Assembly (NCBI GenBank): GCA_035259985.1
Contig: DATFVX010000095.1
Location: 1 to 39,242 of the forward strand
Reading direction: 5' to 3'
DNA: 39,242 nucleotides
Source: Acidimicrobiales bacterium
GTDB taxonomy: Bacteria > Actinomycetota > Acidimicrobiia > Acidimicrobiales > VFJN01
Part shown: positions 7,921 through 16,521 of the stretch, one piece after another
Numbering within the stretch: the first letter of the stretch is position 1
Layout of the letters: the number at the start of each line of letters is the position of its first letter
Made by a program: the position numbers and the translations under genes
Notes under the pieces: model-generated
Databases searched by the model: none
What the model saw: the letters and a program-made list of their open reading frames with translations, nothing else
Told to the model about the DNA's origin: nothing

Positions 7921-9015
7921 CTACTTCCTCTTCCTCTTCTTCCGGGACCGCGGATGGGCCTTCGGCGCGGGCGCGCCGCCTCCGCTCGACGACTTGCCGG
8001 CACCGCCCGCGCCGCTCCGCGCCTTGGGCCTCTGCTGCCCCGACCTCTGTTGACCCGACTTCTGCTGGCCCGCGTCCTGCTGGTCACGGGACCGGCCGTT
8101 GCCGCTGGCGGAAGCCGGCGCCTTCTTCGCGGGGGCCCGGCCACCCTTCGCACCATTGCCGTCGGCCTTTCGAGCCTCACGAAGCTCGGCCATGGCTCGC
8201 TGCGCCTGGCGGCCGACAGACTCTTCGCCTCGATAGAGCGACCGGGTGATGAAGGCTTGCTGACCGACACGCCACAGGGTCGAGACCAGGAAGTAGATGC
8301 CGATGGCGAGCGGGCTCACGAACGCGAAGAACACGTAGAGCAGCGGGCCGATCCGCATCATCAGACGCTGTTGCTGCGTCACCTCGGTCCCGGCCGTGCG
8401 CCCCATGATCTGCTTCTGCTGGTACCAGCTCAGGAACGCGATGACGGCGATGAGCGCCAGGTACGGCAGGGCCGTGATGAACCCCTGGCTCAGCGCCTGA
8501 GCGGGCGAGATGGCGAGGTCGATGCCCAACCAGTTCATCTCGTGCTTGCCCAGCAGCGACTGGTAGAGCTCGTCGTTGTGGTCGAGGTACTTGGGCTGGA
8601 ACCCGTCAGTGATCCTGGTGGTCAGGCCGAGTTGCTGGGTGTACTCCTGAAGGCCGACGAACTTCGCCTGCTGGGTGAGCCCGCGCACGACGTAGAAGAG
8701 GATCGAGAACACCGGTGCCTGGATGAGGAGCGGGAGGCAGCCGCCCACCGGGTTGATCTGGTGCTCCCGGTAGAAGCTCATCAGCTCTTCGTTGAGCTTC
8801 TGCCGGTCGTCCTTGTACTGCACCTGCAGGCGGCGAATCTCGGGCTGCAGCCGCTGCATCTCGATCATCGAGCGCGTGCCCTTCAGCGTGAGCGGCGTCG
8901 TTACGATCATCACGACGCACGTCAGGAGGGCGATCGCCACCGCGTAGCCGCCCGGCACGTTGGCATAGAAGAAGTTGAGCAAGCCCGAGATGAGCTCAAA
9001 CAGGCCGTCTAACAT
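7921..9015 (-). CDS. yidC: Membrane protein insertase YidC (short Gram-positive type) with long basic C-terminal tail
   Basis: 364 aa. Motifs: TTPLTLKGTRSMIEMQRLQPEIRRLQVQYKDDRQKLNEELMSFYREHQINPVGGCLPLLIQAPVF. The C-terminus is Gly/Gln/Lys/Arg-rich and ends RSRKKRKRK. Confidence 0.95.
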   Translation of the reverse strand: MLDGLFELISGLLNFFYANVPGGYAVAIALLTCVVMIVTTPLTLKGTRSMIEMQRLQPEIRRLQVQYKDDRQKLNEELMSFYREHQINPVGGCLPLLIQAPVFSILFYVVRGLTQQAKFVGLQEYTQQLGLTTRITDGFQPKYLDHNDELYQSLLGKHEMNWLGIDLAISPAQALSQGFITALPYLALIAVIAFLSWYQQKQIMGRTAGTEVTQQQRLMMRIGPLLYVFFAFVSPLAIGIYFLVSTLWRVGQQAFITRSLYRGEESVGRQAQRAMAELREARKADGNGAKGGRAPAKKAPASASGNGRSRDQQDAGQQKSGQQRSGQQRPKARSGAGGAGKSSSGGGAPAPKAHPRSRKKRKRK

Positions 9016-9245
9016 CAGTGGTGCTTTCCTTCAGGAACGGGGTCCCACCCGTGTCCCCCCCAGGGGTGGCAGCGAGCGAGGCGGCGCAGGGTCAGTGCCG
9101 AGCCCCGAATCGCGCCGTGCCGCTCGAGGGCGTCCAGCGCGTAGTTCGAGCAGGTGGGGACGAATCGGCACGGTGACGGCCGCCCGGCGGTCACCCTTTG
9201 GTAGAGCCTTACGAACCCATGGAGGATGCGGGCGACGGGACTCAT
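9015..9245 (-). CDS. yidD: Membrane protein insertion efficiency factor YidD
   Basis: 76 aa. Motifs: [31 protein letters not shown]...[17 protein letters not shown]. Its start overlaps the rnpA stop (ATGA), and its stop overlaps the yidC ATG by 1 nt. Confidence 0.93.
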   Translation of the reverse strand: MSPVARILHGFVRLYQRVTAGRPSPCRFVPTCSNYALDALERHGAIRGSALTLRRLARCHPWGGHGWDPVPEGKHH

Positions 9246-9754
9246 CGCTCCGCGCCCCGACTCGCCTCATGGCATGCGGCGCCCAGCGAATGCCGGAGCT
9301 CCGTGTACGGCACGGTTCGGGCACCGGGATGCGCCAAGACCAGGTAGGCACCGGCGTCCAACCCGCCTCGGTCGCGATCGACCTCCCGCAGCGCCGCACG
9401 TAGGCGCCGCCGAACCCGATTCCGGGCAACGGCCGTGCCGATCCGTCGCCCGACGCTGTACGCGACCCGTACGCCGCCACCCGCGGCCGGTCCGGCCGGC
9501 GCCTCGTCGGGAAGGTAGACCACGGTCACCGAATCCCGCCGGGCGCGCCGCCCAGCACGCCGGAGCGCGTCGAACGTCGCACGATCGCTGATCCGTCCGA
9601 TCAGGCCGACAGCCGAGCGCGGCCCCTCTGGCGCCTGCCCCGGATTATCGCCCGGCCGGCGCGGGTCCGCATGCGCAGCCGAAAGCCGTGCCGCTTGGCT
9701 CGCCTCCGGTTGTTCGGTTGGTACGTGCGCTTCACCTTCTGCCTCCTCGAGCAC
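9242..9754 (-). CDS. rnpA: Ribonuclease P protein component; start uncertain (GTG 9754 proposed; conserved core begins near 9604)
   Basis: Core: [29 protein letters not shown]...[17 protein letters not shown] (RNR motif). No ATG/GTG/TTG lies between the rpmH stop and the conserved N-terminal strand. An in-frame GTG at 9754 is preceded by GAGGAGG with a 4-nt spacer. Alternatives are CTG 9604 (CTGA overlap with the rpmH stop) or GTG 9835, which has no SD. Confidence 0.7.
   Translation of the reverse strand: MLEEAEGEAHVPTEQPEASQAARLSAAHADPRRPGDNPGQAPEGPRSAVGLIGRISDRATFDALRRAGRRARRDSVTVVYLPDEAPAGPAAGGGVRVAYSVGRRIGTAVARNRVRRRLRAALREVDRDRGGLDAGAYLVLAHPGARTVPYTELRHSLGAACHEASRGAER
9601..9735 (-). 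CDS. rpmH: 50S ribosomal protein L34
   Basis: Not in the ORF track because it is under 60 aa. My minus-strand translation gives [44 protein letters not shown] (44 aa). GTG start at 9735 preceded by GAGGAGGcagaag; TGA stop at 9603-9601. Confidence 0.93.
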   Translation of the reverse strand: MKRTYQPNNRRRAKRHGFRLRMRTRAGRAIIRGRRQRGRARLSA

Positions 9755-10032
9755 GCGGCCTCCTCGCAGAGTCAGCGGGGCCTGCGGCGGGATGTTGAAA
9801 CTCTTCCGCGACGCGCGAGGTCGATCGTGCGCCACTTCGGTGCGCGGACAACGGTAGAGCCCGATCCGTGGAATGCGCCAACCTGATGCCCGAGACGCCC
9901 CGATTCCACGAGCCGGCGCCTGGTCAGTCTGCCGTCGACGGTGCTAACTTTCGCCAACCCGCTCTCCTCACGGGGGAGTCAGACGGCGGAGCTGGCGCCT
10001 GGTCCGCTACCTGACAACGGGTAGTTGTGCGG

Positions 10033-10063
10033 TCATCCACATGTGTGGATTGCTTGTGGACGA
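10033..10063. promoter_or_regulatory. DnaA-box cluster immediately upstream of dnaA (includes 16-bp palindrome ATCCACATGTGTGGAT)
   Basis: TCATCCACA at 10033-10041. TGTGGATTG at 10044-10052 (reverse complement CAATCCACA). TGTGGACGA at 10055-10063 (reverse complement TCGTCCACA). A fourth TGTGGACGA lies at 10116-10124, inside the dnaA 5' end. Confidence 0.7.
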
Positions 10064-10093
10064 CTTCGGCTGCCAGCAGGAAGGCTCGGGACC

Positions 10094-11518
10094 GTGATCA
10101 GCGACGCGCACCACCTGTGGACGACGTGCGCAGCTCTGCTCCGGGCCCAGGTCTCCGATCTTGTCTGGCACACAGCGTTCGACGGCGTCCGCGCCGTCGA
10201 CTTCGACGGCGACGTGCTCACCCTCGGAGTCCCGAGCCCCTTGGCCAAGGAACGCATCGAGGGCCGCTACCTCGGGCTGGTGCGGGACGCCATGGCCGAG
10301 GCCGGCGCCTCACACGCCGAGCTGCGGCTCCGGATCGAGCCTGCGGAGCCGCCTCCCCTCTGGACGGTACCGACGCCCATCAACCCCCTCCTGACGCAGG
10401 TTCCGGACCTGTCGGACCCCATCGCGGCCGCCGACGGCAAGGCGGGCGGCCAAACGCCGAACGGTCCCACCCGGCTCGCCGACGAGCTCGGCGAGCGCGA
10501 GCTGAATCCCCGCTACACCTTCGAGAACTTCGTCATCGGCGGGTCCAACAGCTTCGCCCACGCCGCGGCGCTGTCGGTGGCCGAAACCCCCGCCCGAAAG
10601 TTCAACCCGCTGTTCATCTACGGGCACGCGGGCCTGGGCAAGACCCACCTCCTCCAGGCAATCGCCAGCTACGTGAGCCGAAACTACCCCGCGTACCGGG
10701 TGCGCTACGTCACGTCGGAGACCTTCCTGAACGAGTTCATCGACTCGATGCACTCCGACAGCCGGGATGCGTTCAAGCGGCGGTACCGCGACATCGACGT
10801 GCTGCTCGTCGACGACGTCCAGTTCTTCGAGGGGAAGCAGGAGACGCTGGAGGAGTTCTTCCACACCTTCAACCACCTGCACCAGACCAACCGCCAGATC
10901 GTCCTGTCCTCCGACCGTCCCCCCGACCAGATCGGGATCGAGGACCGCATGCGCAGCCGGTTCCAGCAGGGACTGATGACGGACATCCAGCCGCCGGCGC
11001 TGGAGACCCGGATGGCGATCCTGCTGAAGAAGGCGGAGCTCGAGCCCAGCCGCATCCCCAACGACGTGCTCGAGCTCATCGCCACCAACATCAAGGACAA
11101 CATCCGGGTCCTCGAGGGGGCACTCATCCGCGTGTCGGCCTTCGCCAGCCTCACGCATGAACCCCTCACCGTCGACCGGGCGACGCAGGTGTTGGCCGAC
11201 CTCCTGAGCGAGAACCAGCCGCGTCCGATCACGCCGCAGCTGATCCTCGAGGAGACCGCGAAGCAGTTCGGGTTCACCGTCGACGAGATCACCAGCAAGC
11301 ACCGCCAGCGCCCACTGGTCACGGCGCGGCAGATCGCCATGTACGTCATGCGGGAGCTGACCGACCTGTCGTACCCCAACATCGCCCGGGAGTTCGGCGG
11401 CCGCGACCACACCACGGTGATCCACGCGGTCGAGAAGATCGGCGCGCTGATGTCCAAGGATCGCCAGATCTACGACCAGGTCACGCGGCTGATGAAGGCC
11501 GTCCGACAAGGTGACTGA
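10094..11518 (+). CDS. dnaA: Chromosomal replication initiator protein DnaA
   Basis: 474 aa from GTG 10094, with AGGAAGG about 10 nt upstream. Walker A GHAGLGKTHLLQA, Walker B LLVDDVQF, sensor/box VII SDRPP, C-terminal DNA-binding helix DHTTVIHAVEKI. The track ORF start at 10025 would place the DnaA boxes inside the coding sequence. Confidence 0.95.
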   Translation: MISDAHHLWTTCAALLRAQVSDLVWHTAFDGVRAVDFDGDVLTLGVPSPLAKERIEGRYLGLVRDAMAEAGASHAELRLRIEPAEPPPLWTVPTPINPLLTQVPDLSDPIAAADGKAGGQTPNGPTRLADELGERELNPRYTFENFVIGGSNSFAHAAALSVAETPARKFNPLFIYGHAGLGKTHLLQAIASYVSRNYPAYRVRYVTSETFLNEFIDSMHSDSRDAFKRRYRDIDVLLVDDVQFFEGKQETLEEFFHTFNHLHQTNRQIVLSSDRPPDQIGIEDRMRSRFQQGLMTDIQPPALETRMAILLKKAELEPSRIPNDVLELIATNIKDNIRVLEGALIRVSAFASLTHEPLTVDRATQVLADLLSENQPRPITPQLILEETAKQFGFTVDEITSKHRQRPLVTARQIAMYVMRELTDLSYPNIAREFGGRDHTTVIHAVEKIGALMSKDRQIYDQVTRLMKAVRQGD

Positions 11519-11559
11519 CGGGCGCGACGCAGCCGCCGTGGAGAACCCTCGGGACACGC

Positions 11560-11751
11560 TGTGGATCGGGATCCGCCGCCGGTGGACAGGCCGCTCCGTA
11601 TCCCCAGGGGGTTCACGCGCACGGCCCTCGACCTGTGGGAGCCTGGGGACACAACGGGGACGACTGACGTGGCGCTGACCTGCGACAACGAGTCGTGGTC
11701 CACAATCCACAGCCCCTACTACAACTACTGATACGGGTACTACTACGAAGG
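11560..11751. promoter_or_regulatory. Candidate oriC core in the dnaA-dnaN spacer: DnaA boxes plus a relatively AT-rich CTACTAC-repeat segment
   Basis: TGTGGATCG at 11560-11568, GGTGGACAG at 11581-11589, and overlapping tandem boxes TGGTCCACA / CAATCCACA at 11696-11711. These are followed by ctactacaactactgatacgggtactactacgaagg at 11715-11751, the most AT-rich stretch in this neighbourhood. Confidence 0.55.
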
Positions 11752-11771
11752 CAGAGAAAGCGAGCGACGGC

Positions 11772-12875
11772 GTGAAGTTCCGATGTGAGCGAGACGTTCT
11801 CGTCGAAGCCCTCGGCACGGCCGGCCGGGCTACCGCGAGTCGCGGTGGAGCGCTCCCCGTGCTGTCGGGCATCCGCACCGAACTGCAGGGCGACGCCCTC
11901 ACCCTGACCGGCCACGACCTCGAGCTGACCATCGCCGTCGTCATCGGCGATGGGGTCAAGGGCACCACCGACGGCGTTGCGGTCCTGCCTGCGCGGCTGA
12001 CGTCCGACGTGGTGCGATCGCTGCCTCCCGGCGCGGTCGAGGTCGACGTCGACGGGGAGCAGGCCCGGATCACCGCCGGGCGCTCCGAGTTCACGCTCCG
12101 GGTGTTCCCGGTGGACGAGTTCCCGCGGTTGCCGCAGGCAACCGGTGAGGCGGTGACGCTCGATGCCACCGAACTGGCGGCGGCGTTGCGGCAGGTGGTG
12201 CCGGCGGCGTCGAGCGACGATGCCCGCCCGATCCTGACCGGCGTGTTGCTCTCCGCCGAGCAGGGGGGCCTGCGGCTCGTGGCCACCGACTCGTTCCGGC
12301 TGGCCGTGCGCGACCTGCCGGGCCAGACCGTGCTGGCCGAGGGCCAGTCGGTGTTGGTGCCGTCCCGGGCCCTCAACGACCTGACCAAGGTGCTCGGTGG
12401 CGTCGGCGAACTGACCGTCCGCCTGGGCGAGCGCGACGCAGGGTTCGAGGCCGGCGACGTCCGCCTCACGACCATGCTGATCGAGGGCGACTTCCCCAAC
12501 TACCGGGGCCTGATCCCCTCGGCGCCGCCGCCCAACCGTCTGATCGTGAGCCGCGAGGGCCTGCTGGAGGGGCTCCGCCGCGTAAAGCTGCTGGCCCGGG
12601 AGGCGACGCCCGTGCGGCTGGCGATGTCGTCGGAGGGACTCGACCTCGTGGCCGTCACCCAGGACGTGGGCCAGGCGCACGAATCGCTCGACGCCAAGTA
12701 CGAGGGCACCGAGCTCACGGTGGCGTTCAACCCCGACTACCTGCTGCAGGGCGTCGAGGTGCTCGAGGGTGACGAGGTGTTGATCGAGACCGTGGACTCG
12801 CTCAAGCCGGCGCTGGTGCGTAGCCCGGAGCACGACAACTTCCTGTATCTGCTCATGCCCGTGCGTGTGAGCTGA
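11772..12875 (+). CDS. dnaN: DNA polymerase III subunit beta (sliding clamp)
   Basis: 367 aa with a GTG start. MKFRCERDVLVEALGTAGRA...PVLSGIRTEL, ILTGVLL, RLVATDSFRLAV, and C-terminal LYLLMPVRV. Confidence 0.96.
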   Translation: MKFRCERDVLVEALGTAGRATASRGGALPVLSGIRTELQGDALTLTGHDLELTIAVVIGDGVKGTTDGVAVLPARLTSDVVRSLPPGAVEVDVDGEQARITAGRSEFTLRVFPVDEFPRLPQATGEAVTLDATELAAALRQVVPAASSDDARPILTGVLLSAEQGGLRLVATDSFRLAVRDLPGQTVLAEGQSVLVPSRALNDLTKVLGGVGELTVRLGERDAGFEAGDVRLTTMLIEGDFPNYRGLIPSAPPPNRLIVSREGLLEGLRRVKLLAREATPVRLAMSSEGLDLVAVTQDVGQAHESLDAKYEGTELTVAFNPDYLLQGVEVLEGDEVLIETVDSLKPALVRSPEHDNFLYLLMPVRVS

Positions 12876-12895
12876 CGGGGCCGGGGCACGGGGGC

Positions 12896-14013
<1,118 letters not shown>

Positions 14014-14017
<4 letters not shown>

Positions 14018-14391
14018 CTGTGCGCATGGGCTGGGAACCGCTCCCGGGCACGCCGTCACCGCCGGTGCGGCTGGCGGACACCCTGGATCGGGTTCTCGGG
14101 CGGCTCGGCGCCCCCAGCCGTGCGGGCATCGAGGTGGTGTTCGACCGTTGGCCCGAGGTCGTGGGGGAGGCGATGGCCGGCCGCACCCGACCCGTCGCGA
14201 TCGACGGCGAGGCACTCGTGGTGGCGTGCGACGAGCCGGCGTTGGCGACCCATGTGCGGTTCCTCGAGGCACAGCTCGTCACGAGGGTCGCGGAGCTCGC
14301 GGGGTCCCGCCAGATCGCACGGATCGAAGTCCGCGTGGACCGCGGTCGCCGGGGAGCCCGACCGCCGCGGCGGTTCCCCAGGCGGGGGTGA
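14014..14391 (+). CDS. DUF721-domain protein (DciA-like, Rv0004 position)
   Basis: 125 aa. Its TTG start overlaps the recF TGA; alternative in-frame starts are GTG 14020 and ATG 14026. DUF721-like core: W.EVVGEAMAGRTRPVAIDGEALVVACDEPALATHVRFLEAQLVTRV. It holds the conserved recF-X-gyrB position. Confidence 0.8.
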
Positions 14392-14472
14392 CGACGGTCA
14401 CGAAGGGCTCGTGCGGGGTGCCGTGCGGGGCCGCCCGGGACCGCTGGGATGAGCGGCAATGTCACACCCCTC

Positions 14473-14481
14473 TGGTAGACT
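14473..14481 (+). promoter_or_regulatory. Candidate extended -10 element (TGgTAGACT) upstream of gyrB
   Basis: Read directly, 94 nt upstream of the gyrB start. The same TAGACT hexamer recurs upstream of two other plus-strand genes at 19919 and 23457. No clear -35 element was seen. Confidence 0.35.
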
Positions 14482-14574
14482 TCCCTTGTTGTGATTTGCG
14501 GCTCTGACCAGGCAAAAGGCCTCTGGGTGCCGGTCATCCGCCCTTAAGAATCGACCTCGCCGAAAGGGCGCGCC

Positions 14575-16515
14575 TTGCCGCAGGGAAGCACCTCCTACGG
14601 AGCCAAAGACATGCAGGTCCTGGAGGGCCTCGATCCGGTCCGCAAGCGGCCGGGCATGTACATCGGCTCGACCGGCCCGTCCGGCCTCCACCACTTGGTG
14701 TGGGAGGTCGTCGACAACTCGGTGGACGAGGCGATGGCCGGCGAGGCCGACCGGATCGACATCACGCTGCTGGCCGACGGCGGCTGTCGCGTGGTCGACA
14801 ACGGGCGGGGCATTCCCACCGACGTCCACCCGATCCACAAGATCTCCGGCGTCGAGATCGCACTCACCAAGCTCCATGGTGGGGGGAAGTTCGGCGGCGA
14901 CGGCTACAAGGTGTCGGGCGGGCTCCACGGCGTCGGCGTTTCCGTCGTCAACGCCCTGTCGCGCCGGCTTGTCGTCGAGGTCGACCGCAACGGCAAGCGC
15001 TACACCCAGACGTTCGTCAACGGCGGCCAGCCTCAGGGCAAGCTCAAGGTCACCGGCGACGCGCCCCGCAACGGCCGCTCCGGCCCCCGCCGCGGCACCA
15101 CCGTCACGTTCTGGCCCGACCCCGCGGTCTTCGACACCGTCGAGTTCTCGGCGCGGACGATCCTCGAGCGGCTGCAGATGATGGCGTTCCTCAACAAGGG
15201 GCTCGAGATCCGCTTCCGCGACGAGCGCGAGGGCCACGAGCACGAGCCGGTCGTCTACAAGTACACGGGCGGCATCGTCGACTTCGTCAAGCACGTCAAC
15301 AAGACGAAGGAGAGCCTGTTCTCCAAGGTTGGCTACTACGCCGACAGCGACCAGACGTCCGAGGTCGAGGTCGCCTTCCAGTGGAACACCGGGTTCAACA
15401 CCGACGGCATCCACAGCTTCGCCAACGGCATCAACACGATCGAGGGCGGCACCCACGAAGAAGGCTTCAAGGCGGCGCTCACGTCCGCGGTGAACAAGTA
15501 CGCCCGGTCGAAGCAGCACCTCAAGGAGAAGGATCCCAACCTCGCCGGTGAGGACATCCGCGAGGGCATCACGGCCATCATCTCGGTGCGGCTGCGCGAT
15601 CCCCAGTTCGAGGGTCAGACGAAGGCCAAGCTCGGCAACACGACCATGAAGACGCTCGTGCAGCGCGCCACCAACGAGAAGCTCGGCGACTGGCTGGAGG
15701 AAAATCCGACCGAGGCCAACAAGATCGTCCGCAAGGGCCTGGCGGCGGCCCAGGCGCGGGCGGCCGCCAAGAAGGCCCGCGACGTCGTGCGCAACAAGAC
15801 GTTGCTCGACGGCGCGGGCATGCCCGACAAGCTCAAGGACTGCTCGTCCAAGAACCGGGACGAGCGCGAGCTCTTCATCGTCGAGGGCGACTCCGCAGGC
15901 GGCCCCGCGGTGCAGGCTCGCAACCCCGCCACGCAGGCGGTCCTGCCCATCCGGGGCAAGATCCTCAACGTCGAGCGGGCCCGCATCGACAAGATGCTGC
16001 GCAACGCCGAGATCCAGACGCTGATCTCGGCCATCGGTGCCGGCCTCGCCGACGAGTTCGACATCGACAAGCGCCGCTACGACAAGGTCTGCATCCTCAC
16101 CGACGCCGACGTCGACGGCGCCCACATCCGCACGTTGCTGCTCACGTTCTTCTTCCGGCAGATGAAGCCGCTGGTCGAGCAGGGCCACATCTACGTGTGC
16201 GAGCCACCGCTGTACTCGACCGAGGTTGGCAAGGAGAAGGTCTACCTGAAGGACGATGCGGCCAAGGCCCGCTTCCTGGCGGAGAACCCCAACCACCGCA
16301 AGGAGTTCCAGCGGCTCAAGGGGCTCGGGGAGATGGACTGGGAGGAGCTCAAGGTAACGACCATGGACCCGGCCCACCGCACCCTGCTGCAGATCAGCGT
16401 CGAGCAGGCGGCCCTCGCCGACGAGGTGCTCTCCATCCTCATGGGCGAAGACGTGGAGATGCGCAAGCAGTTCATCCAGACCAACGCCAAAGACGTCCGC
16501 TTCATCGACATCTGA
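14575..16515 (+). CDS. gyrB: DNA gyrase subunit B
   Basis: 646 aa with a TTG start. YGAKDMQVLEGLDPVRKRPGMYIGSTG, GLHHLVWEVVDNSVDEA, Toprim ELFIVEGDSAGG, and LTDADVDGAHI. Confidence 0.97.
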   Translation: MPQGSTSYGAKDMQVLEGLDPVRKRPGMYIGSTGPSGLHHLVWEVVDNSVDEAMAGEADRIDITLLADGGCRVVDNGRGIPTDVHPIHKISGVEIALTKLHGGGKFGGDGYKVSGGLHGVGVSVVNALSRRLVVEVDRNGKRYTQTFVNGGQPQGKLKVTGDAPRNGRSGPRRGTTVTFWPDPAVFDTVEFSARTILERLQMMAFLNKGLEIRFRDEREGHEHEPVVYKYTGGIVDFVKHVNKTKESLFSKVGYYADSDQTSEVEVAFQWNTGFNTDGIHSFANGINTIEGGTHEEGFKAALTSAVNKYARSKQHLKEKDPNLAGEDIREGITAIISVRLRDPQFEGQTKAKLGNTTMKTLVQRATNEKLGDWLEENPTEANKIVRKGLAAAQARAAAKKARDVVRNKTLLDGAGMPDKLKDCSSKNRDERELFIVEGDSAGGPAVQARNPATQAVLPIRGKILNVERARIDKMLRNAEIQTLISAIGAGLADEFDIDKRRYDKVCILTDADVDGAHIRTLLLTFFFRQMKPLVEQGHIYVCEPPLYSTEVGKEKVYLKDDAAKARFLAENPNHRKEFQRLKGLGEMDWEELKVTTMDPAHRTLLQISVEQAALADEVLSILMGEDVEMRKQFIQTNAKDVRFIDI

Positions 16516-16521
16516 CCATCC

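Noticed and set aside
6915-8270. 451-aa version of the jag ORF
   Set aside because: The first 118 codons overlap the 3' end of yidC and are Arg-rich nonsense. GTG 7916, 4 nt after the yidC stop, begins the conserved Jag N-domain.
7375-9012. 545-aa plus-strand ORF
   Set aside because: It lies antisense to jag and yidC, has low-complexity Arg/Pro/Ala composition, and has no recognisable domains.
10310-12833. 729-aa and 406-aa minus-strand ORFs across dnaA/dnaN
   Set aside because: They lie antisense to two of the best-supported genes in the window and are high-GC frame artefacts.
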